DNA of 64,000 nt from the NCBI GenBank assembly GCA_964576115.1, contig CAZNUA010000007.1, positions 1-64,000 of the forward strand. The letters run 5' to 3'. Below are positions 10,301 through 18,103 of the stretch, piece after piece. Both the position numbers and the translations under genes were made by a program. Origin of the DNA: an uncultured Gemmatimonadota bacterium (lineage in GTDB: Bacteria > Blakebacterota > Blakebacteria > Blakebacterales > Blakebacteraceae). The notes under the pieces were generated by a model. The model was not told the origin of the DNA and searched no databases. It was given only the letters and a program-made list of their open reading frames with translations. The stretch's first letter is position 1. Each line of letters starts with the position of its first letter.

Positions 10301-10862
10301 AGAAGGTGACGTCTCTCTGATGGCCTACACCGCACCGGCCCGGGTGGCGGGCGACCGCATTCTGCAGCTCAACGGCGGCGACGATATCTGGTACTACATG
10401 AAGCGGCGCGATACCACCCGCCACTTCGCCGGCCACACCCGCAACCAGAGCGCCATGGGTTCAGACTTCTCTTACGAAGACATGGCCTCGGGGGATTTCT
10501 CCGACGACTACGACTCGGAACTGCTGGGGTACGAGAACTACGAGGGGGTGCGGTGCGTGAAGCTCAAATGCACCCCGACCCCGGAGGGTCCCAGCTACGA
10601 CCACATCATTCTCTGGGCCGACACCGAGCATGCTCTGACCCGCAAGATCGAGTACTACGATGAGGACGGTCACATGAAAACCCTCTTCATCGCCGATTTG
10701 CGCGAGGTGGAAGGCCGCACGATGGCCTTTCACGTCGAGATGGTCAGCCACCGCAAGGATTCGCGGACCGTCATCGCCACCGAGGAGATCACCTTCGCGG
10801 TCGAGCCCGACCAATCGCTGTTCACCCAGGCGGCGCTGACCCGGCGCCTGCCGCCGCAGTAA
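7389..10862 (+). CDS. MMPL/RND family transporter fused to a C-terminal LolA-like (outer-membrane lipoprotein-sorting) domain
   Basis: Two MMPL halves with GLGIDFAIH and GIGIDDGVH; after an extra hydrophobic segment comes a domain with MGSDFSYEDM and KIEYYDEDG typical of LolA-like/DUF1329 proteins. Confidence 0.85.
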   Translation: MRTILKNIAGTLARVSEEHPGRMLIIVGIITVLALALAGDLELQTDVADMLPAHSPAVQSYLRVTGEFGEANTIIVLEGERDRMVEAARSLIPRLEAMELIHVVQATAPVDYFLDGGFMLVDPADLDRTLDQFDTPDLIGVLQGMNESFEAEYTDNEENMRDDEVEIAQGMQGLERALEILSARFDGRAYASIEEAVDAMLVGDPWSLSLDRRMMLIACVPTYPLVEFDYILELTEQLQVMLEDVRGEFPDLEIGLTGNGPLQKDEMDAITTGSVILSMIALVLIYLLLARNFGGWFLPLMALVPLVLGIIWTMGALALAFGSLNLFTVMISPILLGLGIDFAIHLITRFYEERSAGRSVGEALQLTIGGTGVAVLTGGLTTAAAFLALLIGETRGVSEFGFATGAGITLTLLAMFLTLPALLVLRGRSREKRGKTVTLKGASEGWPFIGRVATASWRRPGLFLALFLIVVGLSLWGGLSNPFETDWMELEPKGLENVRLQREIPERFGIMTEGAWLVVDSIEDARTVKERLEDEPMVGEVSAISDILPPAARYDAYRGRLADFSRQIQNARPAPWRTGGSETDLAAEIDRLWTNLDLMSNLAYTAGLDRVVRALDRLTGYDSETDTTDPSAVLPALSARLAEGVDPQVGSGIARAWFDRMQTNLIRMASTQPKTLDDLPEVFSRTMLPRDGSQHYLVNITARDYLWDTTNLRRFADAMAEVDPAISGNATMVIDFLAWTARDGRNGLILAFIVILVLLLITFRGPLGLLALLPLIGGSLMMLGVMHLIGMKYNFMNFMAIPVILGIGIDDGVHALHRFQEQRGEGIERVYNSYRFVGRAILLTTLTTMIGFGSLGFFNHVAMASFGVVLTMGVGACFVTTIIFLPAVTRLLAGSNIRHNHVATTAAALLLALGLTVAGPMPTAAQDTAAGWVERIEQAETVEHSYGVMKQTITTSTGAERTFTIRAWSAEEGDVSLMAYTAPARVAGDRILQLNGGDDIWYYMKRRDTTRHFAGHTRNQSAMGSDFSYEDMASGDFSDDYDSELLGYENYEGVRCVKLKCTPTPEGPSYDHIILWADTEHALTRKIEYYDEDGHMKTLFIADLREVEGRTMAFHVEMVSHRKDSRTVIATEEITFAVEPDQSLFTQAALTRRLPPQ

Positions 10863-12193
10863 TGGTCGCCCGGCTCATGAGACGCACCAGACGAACAGCC
10901 CCCGTCACGGTCGGGGGAGCAGGGGAAGGAACGACACCGATGTTCAGGTCGATCATGGATTCATGGAAGGTCAACGACGAAGATATCCGGGCAGCCGGAA
11001 ACCTGGCCGCCCTGGCAGTCGTCGCGCTGGCGCTGGTGATCGCGATCGCGTTGATCTGGCGCTCGCCGGCTCGCGCTCAGGTCGATATCACCGGCTACTA
11101 CGAACACACCCTGCAGGCCGATTACCACGCCGACGTGAAGGAAACCGTCATGGACGCTTCGAAGCTGCGGGTGGATTTCTCCACCGGCATGGGGGGCGGC
11201 CTGCTCTTCGACGGCAACGTCAATTTCATCGTCTATCACGGGGCGGTGAGCCGCGACATCCGCCCCTTCCTGCCCCCCTCGGTCCGGGCCGAACTGGCCG
11301 CAGCCGGCATCCCGGCCACGGTGACCCTGGAGCGCGAACGTCATTACGTCGACAATGCCTGGCTGACCTGGCAGAAAGGCAACGTGCGCCTCAGGGCCGG
11401 TAAGCAGCAGCTCTCGTGGGGGCCGGCGTACGCCTTCAATCCCACCGATCTCTTCCACCGCAAGAACCAGCTCGATCCGACCTATGAAAAGGAAGGTGTG
11501 ACGGCCCTGCGCTTCGATGCCACCTGGGGTATCGGCGGAGCCCTGACCGCGGTGTGGGCTCCCGGCGACCGGTTCCGTGACGCCGGGTACGCCCTGCGCC
11601 TGGCCAGCTATATCGACGCCATCGGCTACGATGTGGCCCTGACCGCCCACTCGGTGACCGACTCGACCGCCTTTACCACCGCTGACGACACGAACCCCTG
11701 GATGCCCTATACCCAGCGCCGTCAGGCGGTCGGCCTGGAATTCTCCGGATCCCTGCTCGGTCTGGGGGTCTGGTTCGAAGGCAACTGGAACGAGATGGAG
11801 ATCGAATCCGACTTCGGCCGGGCCGCCTTCGGGTTCGACTACACCCTGAACTCCGGTCTCTACCTCATGGCCGAGGCGCTCTACAACGGGCGGGCCGAAG
11901 CGGGCAGCCCCTACCCGGTCCATGACTGGTTCGCCTATATCGCCTACGGCGAACCGGTCGGACGCTGGTGGTACCTGGCCGCGGCCAGCAAGGACATCGG
12001 CGACCTCTCGACCGGGGGCCTGTACCTCTTCGCCACCCCCGAGGGCTCGTACGTCCTGAACCCCCGGCTCGACATCTCGATCGCCCAGAACGCCGGTCTG
12101 ATCGTCTTCGGCGGCTTCACCTTCGGCGAGGAGGAGGCGGAGTTCCCCCCGGGCATGGCCTCGATCGTGGCCCGGGCCACGGTGTGGTTTTAA
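10862..12193 (+). CDS. Putative outer-membrane beta-barrel protein (start uncertain, possibly 10940)
   Basis: Signal peptide ending ARA-Q; LRAGKQQLSWG and FNPTDLF motifs; alternating aromatic strands; C-terminal ATVWF resembling a beta-signal. Confidence 0.75.
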   Translation: MVARLMRRTRRTAPVTVGGAGEGTTPMFRSIMDSWKVNDEDIRAAGNLAALAVVALALVIAIALIWRSPARAQVDITGYYEHTLQADYHADVKETVMDASKLRVDFSTGMGGGLLFDGNVNFIVYHGAVSRDIRPFLPPSVRAELAAAGIPATVTLERERHYVDNAWLTWQKGNVRLRAGKQQLSWGPAYAFNPTDLFHRKNQLDPTYEKEGVTALRFDATWGIGGALTAVWAPGDRFRDAGYALRLASYIDAIGYDVALTAHSVTDSTAFTTADDTNPWMPYTQRRQAVGLEFSGSLLGLGVWFEGNWNEMEIESDFGRAAFGFDYTLNSGLYLMAEALYNGRAEAGSPYPVHDWFAYIAYGEPVGRWWYLAAASKDIGDLSTGGLYLFATPEGSYVLNPRLDISIAQNAGLIVFGGFTFGEEEAEFPPGMASIVARATVWF

Positions 12194-12206
12194 AACTGGA
12201 CAGCTC

Positions 12207-12860
12207 TCAGCCGCTGCGGCGCACCACCCAGAGCCAGCGGTCGAAGAAGAAGGCCCGCCTGACAATCATCCGCTTCTCTATATGTGCTCCCCGGGCGGTG
12301 AACATCGCTTCGTATTCGTCGGCTGAATACTGATGCGGATGCAGGATATCGAGGGGAAGTGCCCGGAAGAGATGTTTGAACAAGGCGTGATTATGAGCAT
12401 CGCTGGAGAGGATGAGCCGGCCCCCGGGAGCGAGGACGTCGAGCAGGCGATCGAGGGAGAGGTCGAGATCGCTGAAATGATTGACGGCGTTGATGCAGAA
12501 CACGAAATCGTAGGCCTCCGGGGCCGTGAACTCCTCGAAGGGAACCGGGTAGAAGGTCACCCAGGGCCAGGCCTGCCGTTCGAAATGAGGCAGACAGTTC
12601 TCATAGGCATCGATCAGCGGATCGACGGCGTGTACCTCGCACTCGGGCAGCACCATGTAGATTCCCGCCGGTCCGCAACCGGCATCCAGAACCGTCGCGC
12701 CGGCCCTCAGATCGAGCTCGTCTCCGATCAGAGCGAGTTTCTCCCGCCACTGTCCGGCTTTCCGGTCCAGGTAATCCCCGGGGGTTGTTTTGCTCAGATA
12801 GCGCCGCCACCACCGCAGCTCGGCCGCCTGGGCGATATGCCACCGTCTGCTGCCTGACAT
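12207..12860 (-). CDS. Class I SAM-dependent methyltransferase
   Basis: VLDAGCGPAG motif I, YDFVFCINAVNH, LAPGGRL; start taken at MSGSRRW to avoid overlap with nhaC. Confidence 0.85.
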   Translation of the reverse strand: MSGSRRWHIAQAAELRWWRRYLSKTTPGDYLDRKAGQWREKLALIGDELDLRAGATVLDAGCGPAGIYMVLPECEVHAVDPLIDAYENCLPHFERQAWPWVTFYPVPFEEFTAPEAYDFVFCINAVNHFSDLDLSLDRLLDVLAPGGRLILSSDAHNHALFKHLFRALPLDILHPHQYSADEYEAMFTARGAHIEKRMIVRRAFFFDRWLWVVRRSG

Positions 12861-12882
12861 AGACTCCGTTTTTCCTTTCTCG

Positions 12883-12899
12883 TGTTCAAAGATTGAACA
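12883..12899. promoter_or_regulatory. Inverted repeat TGTTCAA-AGA-TTGAACA in a divergent intergenic region
   Basis: Perfect 7-bp arms in the 55-bp gap between the methyltransferase and nhaC. Confidence 0.5.
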
Positions 12900-12915
12900 T
12901 ACCATCCCTCCCATC

Positions 12916-14409
12916 ATGGACAACACCCCGAACAATACAACCGCTCCGCCGCCCGATCCCGCCGGCCCCGTCGAGCCGGCTGAATCAAATACTCCCCGGA
13001 CCCCCCGGACGCCGGCGTCCCCCCGCGAGCCGACCCTGGCTGAAGCGGTCCTGCCGCTCGTGGCCATGGCGATCCTGCTGGCCGGCGGTCACGCCCTGCT
13101 CAAATACCGGATCGAGGTGGTCTTGCTCGGAGCCGCCGCGGTGGCGGGCTTCGTGGCCCTGCGGATCGGGTACAGCTGGAAGGAGATGGAACGGGGAGTC
13201 ATCGAATCGCTGGCCAAGGCCATGCCGGCGATGATGATCCTGATCACGGTCGGGGCCCTGATCGCCACCTGGATCGCGGCCGGCACGATCCCGATGCTGG
13301 TCTACTACGGCCTGGAGCTGATCAGCCCCCGGCTCTTCCTGGTCACGGCCTGCGTGATCTGCTCGATCGTCTCGGTTACCACCGGCACCAGCTGGGGCAC
13401 GGTCGGCACGGTCGGGATCGCCCTGATCGGGGTGGCCCAGGGGCTGGGGGTTCCGATGGGCGCCGCGGCCGGGGCCATTGTTTCGGGCGCTTACTTCGGG
13501 GACAAACTGAGCCCCTTTTCGGACACCACCAACCTGGCCCCGGTGATCGCCCGGGCCAACCTCTTCGATCACATCCGCTGGATGCTCTGGACCACGACTC
13601 CGGCCTGGCTGCTGGGTCTGGTGGTCTACCTGATCGCCGGCCTGGGCACCCCGGCCGGACTGAGCCCCGACGTGAGCGGCCTGCAGGAGGGCCTGCGGAG
13701 CGCCTTCCACTTCGATGTCCTCCTGCTCCTGCCCCTGGCGGTGATTCTCTGGTTCGCGTTCGCCAAACGTCCCACCCTGCCCGGAATTCTGCTGGCCAGC
13801 CTGGTGGCCACCGTGCTGGCCCTCATCTACCAGGGGGCGCCTCTCAAGGACGTCCTCGACGCCTCGATCCTGGGCTATCAGCCCGATACGGGAGTGGTCG
13901 AACTGGACGGTCTACTGGCCCGGGGCGGGATGATGGAGATGATGGACATCACCCTGATCGTCTTCTGCGCTTTCGGATTCGCGGGGATCATGAAGGGGTG
14001 CGGCCTGCTCGACCGGATCCTGCAGGCCATGATGAGCTGGATCAGGAACACCTTCACCCTGGTGGCCTCGACCGTGGCGACCGGCATCACGACTGCCTTC
14101 GTGACCGGCTCGAGTTATCTGTCGATCATCGTACCCGGCGAACTTTTCTCCGACGCCTTCCGCGGCATGGACCTGGCCGCCAAGAACCTCTCGCGCACCA
14201 CCGAGGACTCGGGCACGGTGATCGTGCCTCTGATACCCTGGAGTGCGGCCGGCGTCTTCATGGCGGGCACCCTGGGGGTGGGGGTGCTCGAGTACCTGCC
14301 CTGGGCGGTCATGAACTACACCGGCTTTCTCTTCGCCCTGCTCTGGGCCGCGACCGGAGTCGGAATCGCCCCCAGGATCCGCGAGGACGAAACCCTGCCC
14401 GGGAGTTGA
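12916..14409 (+). CDS. nhaC: NhaC family Na+/H+ antiporter or Na+-coupled transporter
   Basis: GTSWGTVGTVG, GAYFGDKLSPFSDTTNLA, LSRTTEDSGT, PLIPW. Confidence 0.9.
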   Translation: MDNTPNNTTAPPPDPAGPVEPAESNTPRTPRTPASPREPTLAEAVLPLVAMAILLAGGHALLKYRIEVVLLGAAAVAGFVALRIGYSWKEMERGVIESLAKAMPAMMILITVGALIATWIAAGTIPMLVYYGLELISPRLFLVTACVICSIVSVTTGTSWGTVGTVGIALIGVAQGLGVPMGAAAGAIVSGAYFGDKLSPFSDTTNLAPVIARANLFDHIRWMLWTTTPAWLLGLVVYLIAGLGTPAGLSPDVSGLQEGLRSAFHFDVLLLLPLAVILWFAFAKRPTLPGILLASLVATVLALIYQGAPLKDVLDASILGYQPDTGVVELDGLLARGGMMEMMDITLIVFCAFGFAGIMKGCGLLDRILQAMMSWIRNTFTLVASTVATGITTAFVTGSSYLSIIVPGELFSDAFRGMDLAAKNLSRTTEDSGTVIVPLIPWSAAGVFMAGTLGVGVLEYLPWAVMNYTGFLFALLWAATGVGIAPRIREDETLPGS

Positions 14410-14427
14410 CCGGAAAAGGAGCCGACC

Positions 14428-15063
14428 ATGAGTGCCGCCTTTCCCCCCGCGATGCGGATCGAACTCGACGGCTGGAACCCGGTCTGGTTCCGGCTCCTCC
14501 CGACCGGTGAAGCGGAGGACGAGCTGGCCGCGGCGCGCGACGAGGTTGCCGCCGGGGCCCGTGAGGAATTCTCCTCCCAGCCGGCCAGCAGTCATCCGAC
14601 CGCGGCGGCGATCCGCCGGCTCTTCCGGTCGGCCGGCACCGACCCGACCCGCTACCGACCTTCTTCGGAAGCCCTGCTGCGACGCCTGCTCAAGGGCGAC
14701 CCCCTGCCCGCCATCCACCCCCTGGTCGACCTGAACAACCTGCTCTCGGTGCGCCTGCTGGTCCCCTGCTGCGTGGTCGACGCCGAACGGGTGACCCCCC
14801 CCTTCACCCTGCGCGCGGGCAGCGAGGGGGAGTCGATGCTCTCGATGCGGGGAGAGTTTTCGCTCACCGGTCGGCCTCTGCTCGAAGATGTCGACGGTCC
14901 CTTCGGCACCCCCATCACCGACGCCGAACGGGTCAAGCTCACGGCGGCGACCGCAGAGGTCTGGCTCGTAGCCTACCTGCCGGAGAATGTGACAGCGGAG
15001 TTCGCCCGCGAGATCCTGATAGAACTTCTCGAGGCGGCTCCGGTGGCCGAGCTGACCGGATAG
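14428..15063 (+). CDS. Stand-alone B3/4 (PheRS-beta editing-like) domain protein
   Basis: GTDPTRYRPSSEALLRR, LPAIHPLVDLNN, GPFGTPITD. Confidence 0.88.
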   Translation: MSAAFPPAMRIELDGWNPVWFRLLPTGEAEDELAAARDEVAAGAREEFSSQPASSHPTAAAIRRLFRSAGTDPTRYRPSSEALLRRLLKGDPLPAIHPLVDLNNLLSVRLLVPCCVVDAERVTPPFTLRAGSEGESMLSMRGEFSLTGRPLLEDVDGPFGTPITDAERVKLTAATAEVWLVAYLPENVTAEFAREILIELLEAAPVAELTG

Positions 15064-15093
15064 TCCTGAGCCAACCAGGCCGACCGTCGGACC

Positions 15094-16116
15094 TCACACG
15101 ACCTGTTCTACCTGCCGGTTTTTCACCTCTTCGACCCGGCCGCTGTGCCGGCTGCGGAACGCGGCCTCGAGGATGAGTTGATTGCGCAGGCCCTCCTGCC
15201 CCGGCACCGGGAAGGGAACGTCTTCCTCCATCGCCAGGGCGAAGGCATCCACCTGCCGGGCATAAGCGTCGGTGTTGTCCATCTCGACCCGCTCGACTAC
15301 TTCACCCCCGGCCGGAACCCGACGCTCGATCGTGATCGGCCGTTCGACGTTGAGGGCGTCGAGAGCGACGATGGAACCCTCATCCCCGACCACCTCCAGG
15401 AAGGTCCGATAGGACGCCCGGGTGGAGACGGCCACCGCGGCCAGGGTGCCGGCTATAAAATCCAGGCTCAGCACCGCAGTCGCTTCAAAGGATCCGGAGT
15501 CTTCGTCGGCCACGGCCCGGGTGCCGACCCGTTCGACTTCGTCGTCGAGGATGAAGCGCAGAGCGTCGATACAGTGCACTCCGACATCGGCGATCGGACC
15601 GCCGCAGGCCAGTTCGGGATCGGCGATCCAGCGCCGCGGACTCTCCCGCGCGGGATAGAAGAATTCGGCCCGGGCGGTCAGGGGACGCCCGATCGCCCCG
15701 GCGGCGATCCGCTCTCTGAACCAGCGGGTCGAGTCCTCGAAGCGGAAGACCTGGGCCACTCCGAAGAGCACCCCGGCCCCGCGGGCGGCGGCGACCATCC
15801 GCCGGGCTTCATCGGCGTTCATTGCCAGCGGTTTCTCACACAGCACCGGCCGCCCCTGTTCGACCGCGGTGAGGACATCGGGCAGGTGCAAGGCATCGGG
15901 GGAGGTGACCAGCACGGCGTCCACCTGCGGCGAACGGCACAGTTCTTCGGTCGTGGTGTAATACTCGGGGATATCGAATTCGGCGGCACTCGCCCGGGCC
16001 TTCACCGGATCGCGTCGCGCCAGGGCGGTGACCGCGCACCGCTCGGCCCCCGTGAAGCCGGGCATGAGGCGCTTGACCGCATGCAGACCGAAACCCGCGA
16101 TCCCGAAACGTACCAT
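15094..16116 (-). CDS. Gfo/Idh/MocA family oxidoreductase
   Basis: N-terminal GIAGFG Rossmann motif, VLCEKPLA, DVGVHCID. Confidence 0.92.
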   Translation of the reverse strand: MVRFGIAGFGLHAVKRLMPGFTGAERCAVTALARRDPVKARASAAEFDIPEYYTTTEELCRSPQVDAVLVTSPDALHLPDVLTAVEQGRPVLCEKPLAMNADEARRMVAAARGAGVLFGVAQVFRFEDSTRWFRERIAAGAIGRPLTARAEFFYPARESPRRWIADPELACGGPIADVGVHCIDALRFILDDEVERVGTRAVADEDSGSFEATAVLSLDFIAGTLAAVAVSTRASYRTFLEVVGDEGSIVALDALNVERPITIERRVPAGGEVVERVEMDNTDAYARQVDAFALAMEEDVPFPVPGQEGLRNQLILEAAFRSRHSGRVEEVKNRQVEQVV

Positions 16117-16165
16117 CGTTCCCCTCTCTCTATTCCCCGGTTTTCACGTGACAGTCTCCGGTCTC

Positions 16166-18043
16166 CTACCAGGCGATGCCGTAGTCCTCGCCGTAGTTGC
16201 TCGAGCCTCCCCACATGGTGCCGTGGGGTACATCGAAGAAGATGGCGTTCAGGGGCCCTGAGGTCTTGCGGCCGAAGCTCAGGTCATAGCCCATCGCCGC
16301 CAGGGCGACCCGGACCGAGTCGGGGGTCACGGCATTCAGGCGCAGCCGGCCCGGCTGGGCGACATGGGCCCCGAAGGAACTCTGCATCTGGTAGCTGACC
16401 AGGTTGGGGCCCTCGCAGGCCTCCTGCACGTTCATGCCCCACTCGATCATGTCGAGCAGGAATTGCAGGGTGTTCTGATCCTGGGTGTCCCCCCCCTGGA
16501 CGGCCACCGATATGTAGGGCCGCCCATCTTTGAGACAGAGGGTCGGGGTCAGGGTGGCCCGCGGCCGCTTGCCCGGCTCGACCACGTTATAGGGGTTTTT
16601 GCCCTCGTCGAGCACGAAGCTCTGCATGCGCTGGCTCATGCCGATCCCGGTCCGCCCCGCCAGGCAGGCCGGCATCCACCCCCCGCTGGGGGTGACCGAG
16701 ACAACCCACCCCTGTTCGTCGGCCGCCTGAATTGAGGTGGTCCCGGCTGTAAAGGCTTCTTCGAAAGCCCGCTGGCTCTCCTCATCCCAGACGGGGGGAT
16801 AATCCCCGGCGCCGGTATTGGACCAGGCCGCGAGCAGGTCGAGGAAGGGGTTCTCTTCCCCCTGGTAGGGGTAGGGATCGCCCGGTTTGACGTCGGGATC
16901 GTTGCCTTCGGGATCGAACAGACGCAGGCGGTCGCGGGCATAGTCACGCGAGAGCAGGCCTTCCATCGGTTCGACCGGCGGATAGTAGGGGTCGCCGTAG
17001 TAGAAATCGCGGTCGGCGAAGGCCATGTTCATGACCTGATAGAGGGTGTGCAGGTACTCGGCCGAGTTGAAACCCATGGCCTGCAGATCGAGTTCCTCGA
17101 GCATGTTCAGCATCTGCAACAGCACCGGCCCCTGAACCCACTGCTGCAGCTTATACACCTCGATCCCGCGGTAGGTGGTCATGAGGGGTTCCTCGAGATA
17201 GACCTGCCAGCGATCGAGGTCGGCCATCGTGATCAGACCGCCCTGTTCCCGGCAGCCCCGGACGAATTCCCGGGCGATGTCGCCGCGGTAGAAACGGTCG
17301 TAGGCGGCGTAAATGGCCTCGGAGCGGTCGGCCCCGCGTTCCAGCGCCTCCCGCTCGGCCGCGACCAGCTTTTCGAGCGTGTTCTTCAGATCGGGCTGGC
17401 GGAAGATCTCTCCGGCCCGGGGAGCTTCGCGATCCTCGCCGGGATGGGTGAAAAAGGTCTCGCGGGAATAGGGCCACTCGGCGATGCGCCGCCGGTACCG
17501 ATGGATCGAGTTGGCCGTGGCGGCCTCGATCGGATAGCCGCCGGCCATCTCGAGGGCAGGCGCGAGCACCTCGGCCAGGCTCATGGTGCCGAACTCGGCC
17601 AGCATGGTGAAGAGACCTCCCGGGGTGCCCGGGGTCACAGCCGCCAGGGGGCCGTACTCGGGGGGGTATTCCATGCCCTGTTCACCGAAGAACTCGGGGG
17701 TGGCTCCGGTGGGAGCGGCCCCCAGGGCGTTGACGCCGATCACCTGGCGGGTCTGCGGATTGTAGATCAGGGCCTGCGTCTCGCCCCCCCAGCTCAGGAC
17801 GTCGTACATGGTGCAGACCGCCCCGAGCATGGCGCAGGCGGCGTCCACCGCGTTGCCCCCCTGCTGAAAGATCATGGCGCCGGCGGTCGCCCCCAGGGGC
17901 TTGCCGGTGATCGCCACCCAGTGCCGGCCGTGCAGGACCGGTTTCTCGCTCTGCGGGCGGGCCGTTCCGGTCGGGGTGAGCAATCCGGCGGCCAGGGTGC
18001 CGACGAGCAGGACCGCCGGGATGTGTCGTCGTGAGCGGAACAT
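16166..18043 (-). CDS. ggt: Exported gamma-glutamyltransferase family protein
   Basis: GGNAVDAA, nucleophile-bearing GTTSIQAAD, PGKRPRATLTP, GGDTQDQ; signal peptide. Confidence 0.9.
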   Translation of the reverse strand: MFRSRRHIPAVLLVGTLAAGLLTPTGTARPQSEKPVLHGRHWVAITGKPLGATAGAMIFQQGGNAVDAACAMLGAVCTMYDVLSWGGETQALIYNPQTRQVIGVNALGAAPTGATPEFFGEQGMEYPPEYGPLAAVTPGTPGGLFTMLAEFGTMSLAEVLAPALEMAGGYPIEAATANSIHRYRRRIAEWPYSRETFFTHPGEDREAPRAGEIFRQPDLKNTLEKLVAAEREALERGADRSEAIYAAYDRFYRGDIAREFVRGCREQGGLITMADLDRWQVYLEEPLMTTYRGIEVYKLQQWVQGPVLLQMLNMLEELDLQAMGFNSAEYLHTLYQVMNMAFADRDFYYGDPYYPPVEPMEGLLSRDYARDRLRLFDPEGNDPDVKPGDPYPYQGEENPFLDLLAAWSNTGAGDYPPVWDEESQRAFEEAFTAGTTSIQAADEQGWVVSVTPSGGWMPACLAGRTGIGMSQRMQSFVLDEGKNPYNVVEPGKRPRATLTPTLCLKDGRPYISVAVQGGDTQDQNTLQFLLDMIEWGMNVQEACEGPNLVSYQMQSSFGAHVAQPGRLRLNAVTPDSVRVALAAMGYDLSFGRKTSGPLNAIFFDVPHGTMWGGSSNYGEDYGIAW

Positions 18044-18103
18044 GTCAAACCTCCCCCTCGGGGTATCGATCGACCGTCCCGCGGACGGTCGGCCTCTCTG
18101 CCG

